A stretch of 63,685 nt of DNA, counting the filler, from Phoronis australis (taxonomy: Eukaryota; Animalia; Phoronida), in the NCBI GenBank assembly GCA_002633005.1. It is 8 parts of 8 records of this genome, joined end to end, with 100 filler letters (N's around TTAATTAATTAA, not from the genome) between each part and the next. Parts side by side here need not be neighbours in the genome. Positions count along the whole stretch, not along the records: positions 12,942 to 30,204 come from NMRA01000453.1; 7 more parts are not named here. One strand, written 5' to 3'. The notes beneath the pieces were generated by a model that was given only the letters and a program-made list of their open reading frames with translations, made no database searches and had not been told where the DNA came from. This document shows, one piece after another, positions 12,942 to 26,556 of this stretch. The translations under genes and the position numbers were made by a program. Each line of letters starts with the position of its first letter. Positions within the stretch are counted from its first letter, which is position 1.

Positions 12942-13197
12942 CAACAACTGCTTCACCACTTACACCAACACCAAAACCCTCAACACCACCACCAACACCA
13001 CAGCCTCCCCCACCACCACATCCACCATTACCACCACCAATACCGCCACCACCAACACTATCACCACCAGCACCACCACCACCAATACCGGCACCACCAC
13101 CTCCACCGTCACCACAACCACAACCTCCAACAAAAGCACCACCACCATCACCACCTCCACCGTCACCACCTCCACCGTCACCACCACCACCACCAAG
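12942..13197 (+). repeat. Degenerate (CCA)n low-complexity tract; reads as a Pro-rich frame on +
   Basis: TTASPLTPTPKPSTPPPTPQPPPPP...PSPPPPPPS; open to the contig start; coding status unknown. Confidence 0.7.
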
Positions 13198-13199
13198 TA

Positions 13200-14515
13200 G
13201 GAGAGAGTGGGGCACTATGAGCCAATTTTGAAATTATTGGTCTTAACATCTAAATAATGAAACTAATTCCAGAAACTAAAACACGATAATAAACTACAAT
13301 GTGTCCTTATTGTATACAATAAAAATAAAGACAATTGAAAAAGTGCAACATGTTTTTTGGTATTTTACGTTAGTCAGTCAAATGGCTTAAAGTACCCTAA
13401 CTATGGGGCACTTTGATCCAGGCATGGGGCACTTTGATCCATAGCAAAATATAGTCAATAAAACACATTTAATATCTTAAAAATATATTTGGTTACTTAA
13501 AGAATGTCTTTAACTTGATATTTGATACTGTTTGACGAAATAAGGAATAAACTAACTACCAGTTTAACTCTGGTTTTAATCTAAACACGAGTCACGCTTA
13601 AAGTTTCCAACCCGATGTACGATGTGCATGCTTCGTGGGCCCAGTCAAGGCAGGTTTTGCACTGTATCCAATCTCCTGTAATTGGTTCCACATATTGTTC
13701 ATTGCATATCAGGCAGTAGTAATTTCTGACAAGGGACATGCCACCTCCTTTCCGTAAACCTTTACTGGATCGCTTTGGCTGTGAGGTCATGGATAATGTG
13801 CCCGGCCGGGTTGATTTTTAGTTGTTTGACGTTCTTTTTCGATCTAATCAGCTTTTTTCAGGGCTGCTATGATGTCAGCAGCTGTGCATATCCACGTTCG
13901 CGATTTTTGATGCTGTGGCTGCAGCAGTGGAAAAATGCAGCATCAGACGGATGTCTAATAGGTCATCGAAAGAACAATCTCACTGTCATACATTCTTTTT
14001 TTTAGTCTTTCGTTGATATTTTCTAATCATTTTCTACACTAAAGTTGCATCAAAATACTTAAAACTTGTTTAAGTTGTTGCTTACATAACGATGGGGCAT
14101 TATCAGCCATCGCTCAACCTGCCCCGCACACTATGGCTCATAGTGCCCCATCTTCAAATTCTGAAGCAAAACAAGAGTATCTCAAAATTAGGTCAACTCT
14201 AAACATTGAAATGTATGGGTGCTTATAGCCCATTCCTACACGTATTATTATAACTATCCAGTTCCTGTGTGTCTAGGCTATCGTTTATTACAGAAGGAAA
14301 ACTAGCATACCTTGAAATTTTACTGAAGTCGGGGAATTATCAACAACACGCTACAAAATCCACATTTGCGCGAAACAGAAAATGATACAAAATGGTTTCA
14401 CACCTTGCCAGCAGGAGCACATGCAAGTGACATCTGGTGCCAAAGTATTAGTTTATTTTGATTTGGCAAGCAAAGGAACATAGTGCCCCATGGCTCAAGG
14501 TGCCCCACTTTCTCC
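13200..14515 (-). mobile_element. Internally deleted pogo-family transposon retaining the transposase N-terminus and C-terminal PHD finger
   Basis: TIR GGAGA(G/A)AGTGGGGCAC..TGAGCCA 22/25, TA flanks; minus strand MIRKYQRKT start near 14030 and CLICNEQYVEPITGDWIQCKTCLDWAHEAC (13581-13790 ORF); no DDE core. Confidence 0.82.
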
Positions 14516-14520
14516 TAGGA

Positions 14521-15339
14521 CTGCGTAAGAAACGCGTGACACACTTGCCGTTTGCGAGATAGTTCCAAAAGCAACCACGCAGCCAGATTAGTATTGAGCC
14601 TCAGATCTACACCGATTGCAGTAGAAGAATCTCCTCTTTGCTAGCAAACGTTGCTTGTGTCGAGTTCGCTACGAAACATTTAGTCACAACTGAGCACAAA
14701 TATAATTACTTCCCTCCTTACGAACGCGATGACTCCAATGCAGGGTATAGTTTTGAGTACGTTGAGCGTTTACTCAAAGAAACGGGACTTACAAGTTTCT
14801 TAAAAGATACACAAACTCTGAAATGTAAGGCAGTGCATGTCTGTTGAAAAGGAAAACACTTCGTATTTGTCATGATATGGAGCAAGAAACGTAGGAAGCG
14901 GGGTGAGACAATAATTTTCAAGCGTCAAACGAGTCTGTGCCATCATTGGGACATGTGATTAAGAGAACGTTTTCAGAGGAGTTCAGTAATCCAAGAAACG
15001 AGTGGATCTTCTAAGAAAATGTCCCAATGATGGCACAGTACCGGTACTTTGAAAAAGTTCGACTCGGAAAACTTGATGTGTACATATTTTCCAACGCGAA
15101 CTCGATTCTGGTTTAAATTCTGGAAGACAAGGAATGGAAAACTGTATTCCTCCGGGTACCACTCCTTGGCAAGGAATTATGGAGTTTTCTGTTGCCCCCA
15201 TAATAAAAGTTTATTTCTTGAAGTTGTAATCCACTTGACTGAATTGGGGACCTTACGGAGAGCAGGCGGGAAGAATGGCCCAAACCCCATCTACAGCGTG
15301 TCCAAGCTAGTATATACGTACTATACAGTCAGCAGCTAG
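14521..15339 (+). pseudogene. Decayed ORF of unknown family
   Basis: One frame of ~273 codons with only 4 internal stops (joins ORF-track 14638-14847 and 15049-15339); no family recognised. Confidence 0.35.
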
Positions 15340-16701
15340 CCCCCACCTTTCCACTCTCAAATCTCGACTACGACCTCAAGTATTGTATCTCAGCCTCATG
15401 GCTATGCCTCGCGGACCAAGTATGTCACCGTAAATGTCACCCTGCCGCGAACTTCAGACAGGGCGTAGCCAGACCCTTCCATCAATAGGCATGCATCTGC
15501 CTCCGGCTTTCGGCATAAGGCATACTCTCAGTACTACAGGGCATTACATACCCATCGCTAGCTAACCAAAACAGAATTGTGCACAGTTTGGTGTGAATAT
15601 ATCTTGAAAGATCGACAGATTGGTGGCAAAACACATCCAGTAATGAAAGTTTCACAGAGGAATGATAGTTTGAAAATTGACAAATGCCACATTTCCTTCA
15701 TTTGCCTCGAAATTATTGCAAGCGAATAAGACCAGTCAGTTTGGAGTCGAGTCGTAACCAATGCGTAATTCATGATTTGGTCCCGCACTATGGGTAACAT
15801 GGCGGAGTTAAGACAGTAAGTGTTTTCTGTTCTCGAGGTGAAATTAACAGTCACATCCGATTACTTTGTAGGACATGTTGCGATAACTTCCTACAGGGCC
15901 ATCGCTTGAATAATAATTTTGGGATTTCGTAAATTACTGTGGTCTGGTAGTGGTATCGATGCAAGTCACATATTAATGATGGCGTCCGAAATATTATTTG
16001 CTTCAACATCTTGTTTACCAATATTCGATTATTTCTCGGTGTGTGATTAATGATACTGGTTATATCATTACTGATATGAACGCATAGTGGTTTGGTCGGG
16101 TCTCGTTCATCACATACTGGTCAATGGAAATTCAACGTTCAAAGTGAACAACGAAACTTTTGCAAAGGTGACTGAAGAGCTGATTAGTAATAAGTATGCA
16201 CCAGGGGTATATTTGCACGTTTAAATTTACATTTACCCAACCACTGGGGGTGGTGTAATGATACATCCGAGTACAGCTTACACGGCACCAGGTGTACTTT
16301 TGTTTATATGGCAAAAGCACACCTTATGCATCAACATACGGGGCTTTAGTTCCCATTCAGTGGACGGTGTCCATGAATAACCACATGCGAGGCATCTTCG
16401 TTTCTTGCATATGCACTCAATCTAGGCCCTCTTGTCGAAAAATACCGTGTTTTTCTGTGATCAAAACAATATTTGTGCAAGTCATTTTCAGGGGAAATCC
16501 ACGGTGCTTTTGTGAGTGGATGTATACAGCCAGACTAATTTTAAAATGTTGATATACCAAATTCTATCAACTAAACAGTTGTCTGTAAAGGCAGCGCCGC
16601 AGTGTCACTGGACCTCTCTAAACGTCAGCATATGCCGTGCACGCTAGTGCTGACACACAGACGACTGCATTGCTGGTTTTAGTAAGCTTGCAGCTTGTTA
16701 A

Positions 16702-16847
16702 GGTAGGTAGATACACAAAAGAATTAATTTTGACTGTTTTTTACATTTTCATATCATCCTAATCTTCAATTCTTGATGCACAGTATANCTCCCTTTTTAC
16801 TCATTTTAGTTAGGAACCTGGAGATTTGATCAGTGTATACACCTACC
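16702..16847. mobile_element. Kolobok-like MITE
   Basis: TIR GGTAGGT(AG/GT)ATACAC 13/15, TTAA on both flanks; an internal N may hide collapsed sequence. Confidence 0.6.
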
Positions 16848-17444
16848 TTAAGATCTCGAGGTTCGTTAGATTCCTTAAATTTAATGTATTTTTTAGTTTT
16901 CGTCAGTGTATATGGTGTTTGAATTGGATTAAAAGATGATTGATTAAAAATTGTTTTATTTTGTTATTTTAAGCGTTTTTCCTTGAAGCAAACTGCATTT
17001 TTATTACTCGTTTGCAGTTAACCGGTGATAGACAGGTAAGCCCGCACCCAGAACTGGTGCAATCGCCGAAGTGAGATAAACAAGACATACAGCCGCTTCA
17101 CCGTCACTCTGTTGTGTTTTTGCCAGTTCATAATGCACGCAGGTTCTCCCATTCGGTTTAGGGTTGATTTTGAAGCAGATAGAAATAAAAAATACAAAAT
17201 AAAAGCAAAAATTGCGGGATCATGACGGACACACAAGATGGTCCACGGGCAAGTTTGCGTGATACCCAACTCGCACTGGTAATCTTTTAAATTAGCTAAT
17301 CATTCGCCAAATATCCGGTGACATTTTCCTACATCTATTTTTCGACACGAGCGATTTACTAGTTTCATATCCATGCGATAATATTACCGGAGAAATTCAA
17401 TAATGTATCTCATGTTCCATTCGATAGCTCCTGCACTAGTCCTG

Positions 17445-17858
17445 GGCCCGGTCTCTAATCTTTGCACTCAAAACGAACTCGAAACTGTTTTTGGCAATTT
17501 CTCTGCTCCTTTTGTGCGAACTTAAGATAATTGGTTATCAGACTGTGCTCGAATACATTGTAGTTTAATGTATGCATAGGTGAGGAGTTTCTAGTTCAAA
17601 TTTGCCATTGAAGACCCTTATATTCGTGTTACAAACTCGAGTAAAAACTCGAAATTTCGAGTTCAAACTCGAACTTATTGCTTTAATATTGGGTTTACAA
17701 ACTGTGAGCTAAGGACAATAAATTATCTACGTACTAAGTTATTGTGTACTCGAACATAGAATAAAAGACAGTTATCTTGAGTTCGCCCAAAAGTAGAGTA
17801 GAAAATGCCAAACCAAATTTCGAATTCCATTTCGAGTAAAAAGATTGGAGACCGGGCC
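17445..17858. mobile_element. PIF/Harbinger-like MITE, 414 bp
   Basis: TIR GGCCCGGTCTC(T/C)AATCTTT 18/19; 3-bp TSD CTG on both sides; related fragment near 37110-37420. Confidence 0.75.
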
Positions 17859-19393
17859 CTGGAGTAGAATTCCAGGCTCCAGAGGACGTGTCTTTCATAC
17901 CTAGATTTACCGCAAGAAAACTACCGAGTGCGTTAGAAAACTTATTTATCAAATTTCAGCTATCATTGACTGACCCATGTATAGTACGGCAAAAGAAAAT
18001 TGCCTGGCGTTGCGTTGATACCCATTATAGTCACCATTCGGAAAAAATTGCATGTCATGTGACTGTACAGAACGAACTAGAAGAAAACCGTTTGTTAGTT
18101 AATAGGCCTAATCGATCACTAACGTTAGGAAAATTGCTGTTATCTTTGCTTTTGAAATGCGGAGGAATTATGTTGCTGAAAAAGAAAACGAGGACAAGTA
18201 TTCTTTGTATCTGTAGTTAGCTTGTATTAATAAACTGTTTCGAATATAACTAGGCGATTCATACTAGCTGTCATGAAAACTATAGATTTTGAAGCCACTT
18301 TTTGACACGCTGTTAAGTTTTGACCGTCGTTCAAAACGCTATAAATCTTGTTGAATGAAGAGGCTACAAAATTAATCGAAATTTAAGGCATTAAACCAAC
18401 ACATTCCGTGTAAACTAAACAGCTTTTGAATATGGACATTTACTAAGATCGTTCTCATCTAGTTCCTTACAAGGTTTGTGAAAAACTGACAGGTCTTGCA
18501 TGTTGCTTTAAACCAAGCGCCTAAGTTGCACTTGCCCAAAACGAAGACAGTGTAGCCGCCAGTGGAATTCGATCAGACGATTGACAGTGGAACCAATTTC
18601 AATTCACACAAATTAACAAAATTTCTCGACTATCTTTTCAGTTCAGTTGGGAGGCAAGTATGTGCATGGTACCGAATCACAAGTTAGGTGATTATGGCGA
18701 TGTTACATGTTTACATTATTTGTCATTTTCCCCGCTTATGCTGGGTGTATTTGGTATTGCAATAAATGACTTCATACAGGTACAATTTCAGATGGTCCGT
18801 GAAGCACAAAATATATGCCCCGGCATTTTGCGCATTCGCTTACTGGAAACTTGTCGGATGGTCAACTTTGGTTCCCACGACCCTTCGAGCCAATGACCTT
18901 CCGGACAAACACTGTGGGTCGCTTGTGAGAGCAGTGATTATAAACCATTGATGATCAGAGAAAATGTGTCATCAAATAGTAAGCTATGGAGACGTTTGAT
19001 ACGAATGACTCGAGTGCGCGAAAAGAATGGGGATTTATTTACATTTCTGAGCGCTATCGTTTAATTCCGCTTATTTTCTCTTAGGGATACTTGGTCTTGC
19101 CAAAGGGCACTTCGAACGTGTCAAGCATTTCTGGCCCTAGTTATGTAATTCAGACGTAAACAAAAGTGGCAGGGTAATTTGATTTAATTCCAAATTCTCG
19201 GCCTCTTTCCTACACCATAGCCAACATGTTGCTTACATAACCACAAAACGCCCAGGGTATGTTATCAAATTTTAATAGTTAGTATGATACAGTTGACCGC
19301 TGACATTACGAAGGCACTGTCTATTTCTGCACACTCCGAGGGAGTAAACTTCTCGTAGATAAAGCTGTAACGCAATAAACTTGTGTGCAAAAC

Positions 19394-19615
19394 ATGTCAA
19401 GGAAGGATGTCTTTCTCTGCTGCGTCTCACCACTCACGTTAATCATTTGGCAGTTTGTCGTGGCGACCAGCATTCACGCAAACACTGGAACTCGGAGTAA
19501 GCGAGCCGCGACGGATATCATGACAGCCCAAATGAAAAAGGAAATACTTGACAAGCATAATTATTACAGGAGACAAGAAGTTCACAGTGATGGCGTGGCT
19601 AACATGCAATATATG
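19394..19615 (+). CDS. CAP/SCP (CRISP/PI16-like) secreted protein, coding exon 1: signal peptide, RSKR site, start of CAP domain
   Basis: AACATG start; hydrophobic leader; KKEILDKHNYYRR..ANMQYM; GTAAG donor, phase 0. Confidence 0.88.
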
Positions 19616-20140
19616 GTAAGAGCTTCAGCAACATTTATTTTATCAAGGAAATGTTATGTCATGTAATAATACAAATATTGGTGCCATAGGGCCTAGAAGG
19701 TAATACACTAGTTGTGTAATGGTGTGTCTTAGGTGCCAAGAAATTTAAATAAGTGTTTTATTTGCTTAATTAGGATATAAAAGAGACAGTCCGATGTCAG
19801 TTTTATCAAAGGTAGTAGGAAATGGTCGCACGCCGCACTGTCAAGGAAACAAAACCTTTCGGCACCCTGTAGGCTTTTGTAGATTCTACAGACATGTTTT
19901 TTTTTTTCTCACAGTTTTATGAAGTGACGGAAATGTAGCTATATGACATTTTCCTTTTCACATTACAAAACATAGAATTAAAGCTTTCAAATTGCTATTC
20001 TCTGCCTGTTCTCTCTTGCGTTCTGTTCGATCGCCGTTGAGAAAACTACACTTTTGCGGCGTTCAATATAGGTCTAGTCAACAGTTAGCATTGTTCATCA
20101 TCGAAGAACTAACTTTGTCACCGCAGATAACAAGAAATAT

Positions 20141-20411
20141 CATGCTCGCACCCAGGGGGGAGGGCTCGTGGGGCTCGAAGCAGCACCCCCAATTTGGCGA
20201 ATTGCGGGGCCAAAAAGTCCGCCTCAGAGAAACAAAAACTCCGAAAAAAGTAGAAAACGAGACGAAAGTTACCGTAAAGGCTGGAACTGCCAAAATTCGG
20301 CGAATGCACAGTTCATAGCTCTGAACGTACCCGTGAAACTTAGTAAAGGGTCCACATTCTTAAAAATTCGAGGCCCCCCACTTTTCAAGTTTGACGCTAG
20401 GTGCGCTCATG
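20141..20411. mobile_element. Short TIR element (hAT-like MITE); partial inverted copy at ~58935-59120
   Basis: Imperfect TIR CATGCTCGCACCCA / TAGGTGCGCTCATG; body matches the reverse complement of 58935-59120; no clean TSD. Confidence 0.5.
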
Positions 20412-22001
20412 AATTTATCATTAGTAAGCAAATAACCTGTTTTGAGCACATTCGATCGTGCCAATAACTGAGTCACTCATCATCTGGTAATACTTTTCAG
20501 AAATGCATAACGAAGTACCAGCTTTAAAAAATAGGCATTAAATCGGTGTTGTTTTTTTACTGGCAATGGCATGACGTCGAAACTGGACAAACATTGACTC
20601 TGTTTAGATACTTGTGCAAAGTCTATCCAGAAGATCAAGTTTTGGGGTTGTCTACACTTTTCAGAAAAGTACCGCACAAAGAGAAAGCATCAAGTATCCG
20701 TCGAACAGTCTATAATTAAATTTCAATAGATTTAGTTTCTTTATGAACTTTCCTGGATGGACCAAGATTTTCATTTCAAGTTCAGTTAATGTTTTGCAAC
20801 CCTATGATATCCCGGTCTCGACACGACTTATCGTGCTAAAGACGTTTACGCCAAGTCGTACTCAACGATCGTAGCGCCTGGGTGGTCCAAAATAAAAGAT
20901 GAAGTCGAGCACGAATAAGCAGAGTATGTGCATAACTTTTGGAAGCACCAGTCTTGTCAACCAGCATCCAAGTTTGTATAACACGGAATTTTATAAGGGC
21001 CGCACCCACACAACAGTGTGTATAATCAAGTTATGGAAACTTACCTCCACCAATACACCTCTATTATACCGGTAGTATAATACAGCGGGGTAAATGTCAA
21101 TAACAGCTTAGTTAGCATCACGTAATTTACCTGAAGGCTTTCGGTTTCCTGTGGTCCAAGTGAAAGAAAGTCCCTGAGAATAGTGTCCTTGGACTGCAAT
21201 GATCTTAAATCAGTGACACTGTTGCCAGAGTGTCGGTGTGCTCTTCATATTACTCAAAGTGTGGAATGTAGGTTGTTTGTCCTCGGGGAAAGTAGCTAGC
21301 GCTTTCAAAACAGAACCAAGCCGAATGAGACACCTTTCGATATGTGTTTCGTTTGACTGATTCTCTGAATTTGACATAATCATTTCTTCACAACCGAATA
21401 ATGAAATAACGACTCAAAAGCCGCCCGGGTTCACATGCCTAATACGGTATGCGGTGTAATCGTTACCGTTTCATTTGACATACTCAGAAAGCAACAACCG
21501 TACGTGAGTGTGAAAAAGGGCTTTTAACAAAATCAGGTATTCGCAAAATGTCATCGGACTTTTTGAAAACAAACATACTTTAAATATTTAGATGTCACGG
21601 CATCCATTGAAATGTATCCCTAGCAACTAAATTCCGTCTTGTGAGGTTTTTGTTCTATTCAATTTTAAGTGCCATAATATCTTGTAAGCATGGCAACATT
21701 CGCTGTCAAAACACGTAGGCCTGTCCCTATGTTATTCTATGCAATTTCGAGGCATATGAATTCAAATTGGCAGGCACGTTTTATAGGAATTAAAAACTGC
21801 CAAAGAATTAACTTAGAGCACAGATTGTTTTGGAATTCGGCTGAGATATGCTTTCGGGATGGGTAGGCAAGACTTAGTAAATATTGCAGATACGTATATT
21901 TGAAATCACCGATGTGCAAAATGTAAAAAAATTGCGTAGTGATCAAAAAAGAGCATTTCTCCTTATTAGAGATACGTGCAAGGTACAGTTGTATTTTTCA
22001 G

Positions 22002-22247
22002 TACTGGGATGACGGCTTAGCCGCACATGCTAAGGCATGGGCGGAAAAGTGTGACTTTGAGCATGGCGGAAATAGGAATTACAACGGCGGCACAGCAGCA
22101 ACAACATGGTCCACAGTTGGTCAGAACCTTGGGTGGAATTCACACAATTCGGATCCTCTACACATTGTGAATCAGTGGTACAACGAAAAGCCATATTATG
22201 ATTTTGACGGTCATACATGCTCGGGAGTCTGCGGCCATTATACTCAG
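22002..22247 (+). CDS. CAP protein exon 2
   Basis: TTTTTCAG acceptor, GTAAC donor; YWDDGLAAHAKAWAEKCDFEH..GQNL..QWYNEKPYY..CGHYTQ (CAP motifs). Confidence 0.93.
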
Positions 22248-22914
22248 GTAACACAGTTATGAAGTGAATGTTTGCGATTGGTTGATTTCTTCTACACCGG
22301 CAATTGGTGACGAACCAGGCTTACCCGTGAGGTCAGGATGAGTTAGTGGGAGCAAAAATTAAATTGTTCCAGGCGAACGCCGCCGCGAACTTGTTGGCGA
22401 TTGTAGGGAGGAGGCTGAAATGAGTAGCATCTTGGGGGCACTTTGATTGCAATGAACAGGAGGACCCAGACATAAAATTGGACTGGGGATAGATTGGGGG
22501 ATACCTGGTGCCATTATGGCCCCCATTGCTACGCCAGTGGCATGTTCTGAAACTGTGATAACAAAAAGGCAGCATTCACACGGACGCTCGATATATCAGT
22601 AAACGTGTATACGCATTAAAAAGCAGCTGTTCGAACAATTTATTTGTTTTTGATTGAAAGTTTTGCGAGTGCACAGCACCATAAATTAAATGCCTTGCAA
22701 CTGTCTTCAGAAGCCCTCTCACCTGGAAATGCGGTTTTGTTCATACTTATGGTTATGTTTTCATTGATTTGATGTTTACCATTGTTGATAGTATTCATTG
22801 ACTTATGATTGAAAGAGTGCTTTGATGGGTTTTTGAATTCTGTAAGGTAAGAGATACAAAACACTGCCACTTGTGAATGAAGATATCAATATTCGCTATG
22901 CCTCTCTTCTTTAG

Positions 22915-23036
22915 GTGGTGTGGGGGGAATCAAAATATCTAGGTTGTTCGTTCGTTCGCTGTCAACCTTTAACAGAATCAAGTACAAGCAAATCTTGGAC
23001 CAACGGGTACTATCTCGTCTGTCACTATGGACCGCC
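22915..23036 (+). CDS. CAP protein exon 3
   Basis: CTTTAG acceptor, GTAAGT donor; VVWGESKYLGC..YYLVCHYGPP continues GHYTQ-VVW in frame; absent from the ORF track. Confidence 0.92.
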
Positions 23037-23652
23037 GTAAGTACTGTCTATTGTCACGCGTATTCAGAAACTTTGAGAAAGTGTTAATAAAACCGTCCAA
23101 GGCTGTTGCTGGATGGGCAGAAAAAAGTCCCAGTAGCATAGCGTCGTTTTCAACCGTGTTATTAAATAGTTAGAAGAAGTTATAAGGAACCAAGTAGTAT
23201 CTATCCCATAACCAATACATAATCCGTAGTCGAAAAAAGTTTAAATCAACGCGCCACTCATGATTCCGACCCGAAAAACACACAGCCATCTTGGCTAATT
23301 ACCGCGAAACCGAAGTACAATTCATTCGGGAACCCAGGCTATATTCACTGTGCTACGAAAGGTAGCACTGTTAACTGTTGTTTAATATGGCTTCTCATTG
23401 GTTAAAGTAATGAAACCGACGTCATAACATTAAGTCATTCCATTGGCGCTCAGCTGCCAACAATGAACGACAGAATACCATTTGGTGGCGAAATAACTTC
23501 AGTAAGAAAACTTGGCATGGTGTCAAATGGTAAAATATAAGTATTAATGAGTTTAAAGTAAACGGAATAATTCCCACTCAGACAGAAACATTCGCAGAGC
23601 CGGAACGCCTGGCCTGCCATGCGCGGACATCTGTGTTCAGCGGGGCAGGATG

Positions 23653-23797
23653 CATGGGCAGCGCACTATAGGGAGCTGGGGGGCTATAGCCCCACTTACT
23701 TCAGTGTTTCGCCGCTCATGAACATGGGCGGTGCACCATATAGGGGACTGAGGGCTATAGCCCCCCCCCAACTTATTTCAGTACAGCGCCGCCCATG
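23653..23797. mobile_element. Tandem dimer of ~70-bp micro-MITEs (CATGGGCGGCG..CGCCGCCCATG ends)
   Basis: Two adjacent units; a related dimer in the opposite orientation at 47209-47352. Confidence 0.55.
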
Positions 23798-24601
23798 AAT
23801 GAGTGAAATTCGTGTGACAGTTGAGATTAAAAAATACTACGTCATGCTCCTAACACTGCAATTGAATACAATTCACTACACTCCCCCGGGATCTTTATAT
23901 TTAGGCAACAGAGGTATATATTGTAAGTTTTTGTCAGGTTTTAAAATACATTTTCCCTCATAATTGAAATTCAAAGCCAATTTAGCAAGTGATTATTTTT
24001 CACTGAGGAGTCGCGGCAACTGCAGGGGAATTACTTTGTCGCTTACTGTGTCCGGGCAGCTAAATCAAGCACAGGTGCGCGTTATTGCAATTGAAGTGTG
24101 AAGGTCAGTGTTTTGAGATAAAACTTGCTTTTGTTTGTTGAAATATCGCCTTGTGAGGATTTGTTTTTCCTATTTTACAAGTTTAATGGCCAGTAAAGCC
24201 GGTGCCGATTGGCTGCCAAGTAAACACTGCGCTCACACGTCCGAGTAGTCACACGGCAATTGCTCACTCCAGGCTGGTACTTTGCATCAGTTTAACGACA
24301 TGGTGATTAAGATAAGAAATTTGCTGATCTAGATTTTTTCCTCAAATTTAACACCTAAACAGGTACTGATGCTGAAATTTGACGTACTCCCGCTGACCCC
24401 AGTAGCCGAGTGTTGACCGTGGGAGATACGACGTACATCACAAACTTATGATTATGCATTAAATACCATACGTCACATGCCTACACTGGACGTGTAATTT
24501 TAAGTTGAGCTTTCGTGTATTGGGTACTTGTGGGGTTACTCTGAACAGGTCTAAATTACCGTGTCGTGTATTTAAACACAACAGTTGTTAATTTCTTTCA
24601 G

Positions 24602-24693
24602 TGGAAATTTACAAGGTACAAGACCATACACCAAAGGAAGCAACTGCACCAGATGTGATTCCGGGATCTACTTTTGTGACCATGGTCTTTGTC
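24602..24693 (+). CDS. CAP protein exon 4 (Cys-rich hinge)
   Basis: TTTCAG acceptor, GTAAGT donor; GNLQGTRPYTKGSNCTRCDSGIYFCDHGLC; phases 2/1 fit the neighbouring exons. Confidence 0.9.
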
Positions 24694-26496
24694 GTAAGTA
24701 GGAACGAGGGATGTTAAATCAAGTGAGACTTTGTCACCGTTACTTTATTATGAATCTGAAAGACGCTGATACAAACGAGTGTGGTAAAACTAATTCTTCA
24801 ATATTGAGGTCTTCAACGCGTTCGCCCGATTTTAGGCTATAAACCCGCCGTCGAAACCCTTTTGATTGATATTAGGCCATTTGCCCTATAATGTTGATAC
24901 TCGTATTAGCCTGTTGATATCTGGCATGAGGGACAACTGACCTATCGCAAGGTCCGTCCCCTTGCGAAATGTCGACAAACAAACAATAAATTTTACCAGG
25001 AAACGTTGTCGTTTGTCGGGTAAAATGGCGGCTTGGAAACGAAGGTGTGTCAAGAATGCTGCGTTCTGATTGGTTACTTAAGCCGTCACGGCTCAAAGTC
25101 CTGGCGATAGGTCAATTGGTAGGCTTGGGAGGAACTGATACTTCGTTATTTCTTCAAACCAAGGTACATAAATGTTCTTCGTCTGAGGAAATAACGGACT
25201 GCCGATTATTCCTGAGCCAGAGAAATCATTTCTAAACTCAGGGTCAACAAGGTGAGACCATCTTTTCAGCGATAAATGTCCTACTTCTACTCTTGCTTGA
25301 CAGAAAGCGCAAGGTTAATTTCACTTTAAACTTGTGAAGGTGAAAAATATCATTGACTGGCGGCGACAAAGGGGGAATGAGAAATAAAGCAATATGACTA
25401 ATAGCGAGTTTCCGGGTATTTACGCGGTAGTTTCGCGCTAAATGTGTGCATGTGAATGGGCCTTAAGTAGTCTAACACAAAGACTCGATTCGTTTTGGTT
25501 ATCTCTGAAGTTCGCAGGATGTCAGCTGACATCCAATTGCACTCAGCGCCTTGGTAATGTCGTTTCAATTGACAGATGTCTTAACGACCCGGAATCAACC
25601 CTAAGTTAAACTGAACGCACTCGGCGGGTCAATTATGGCCACCTACTGTAACTTTTTTAATGTTTATTACCTACTGTAACTTCGAAGTAAGGTAATTATA
25701 GGGGTCACGAAAGTCACTAATGAAATCTCAAATTTCTTTTTGGATATTGCAATGCGTTATCTATCACCTTTGTTTCACAAATGTGTGTTATCATATTTCT
25801 TCAAGTGAAGTTAGGACATAGCTCCCGGGCAAAAAATGCAACTAGCCCGTTACAAAGATATTACAAATTTCTCCGTTAATGTACCAGTTTCCTGCATTAC
25901 ACATATTTACGCAATGAGCAAGTTGAGACTAATGTATCTGTAAGTCTGATCTCAGACGGACGGTGGGTTTATATACACGTCTGTGTGAAAATAGGCCGAC
26001 CTTAACGGGATAGTGGTGCTTGGATGACAACATCAAAAAAGTGGAATTGTCGAACTGTAGTAGTGCCAGAAGTAAAATAGTCGGATTATTGCAATTTAAT
26101 CCAAGGTATACATGTAAATGGCATAAAGTCGTGATTCGTGACGTCAGGTTTCATCCAGACCCGTAACTTTATTCAAGCTATACAAGCGTCCGCTACGGAT
26201 ACACCGCCCGAGCGCAGCCGACGATCGGGGTAAAAGCGCTAACATTCAATCCTAAATAAGTCAAAAGACAGTCGTTTGCGACTTCAAATGTCATTGTAAC
26301 ATTGTTACACTGGCTTTCGACAACTGTCATCAACGTATCTACATGTAATTTGCGAAAAACCAACGGCGCACAATCACAGCGGGGAACCCAAACTCACACT
26401 GTGGTTGGTATTTTGAAGTTGTAATATAGGTAGACAGTACTAGGCATAATATTTTTTCTCACCTGCGACCTTAATGGTTACTTTTATAATTCATAG

Positions 26497-26529
26497 GCGA
26501 CTGTTACGGAGACGGTGTTCAAGGGTGTA
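26497..26529 (+). CDS. CAP protein exon 5 (33-bp microexon)
   Basis: CATAG acceptor after a T-rich tract, GTAAGT donor; (R)DCYGDGVQGC; phase 1-1. Confidence 0.7.
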
Positions 26530-26556
26530 GTAAGTATTTTTATGTCTTGTGGTATA

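Noticed and set aside
12886-13215. Gly-rich and Val-rich minus-strand ORFs
   Set aside because: Antisense readings of a (CCA)n tract; one ends in the artificial linker
21200-21260. Penelope-type hammerhead ribozyme on the minus strand (ATGAAGAGCACACCGACAC)
   Set aside because: Core deviates from CTGANGA..GAAA at two positions and the stems cannot be built
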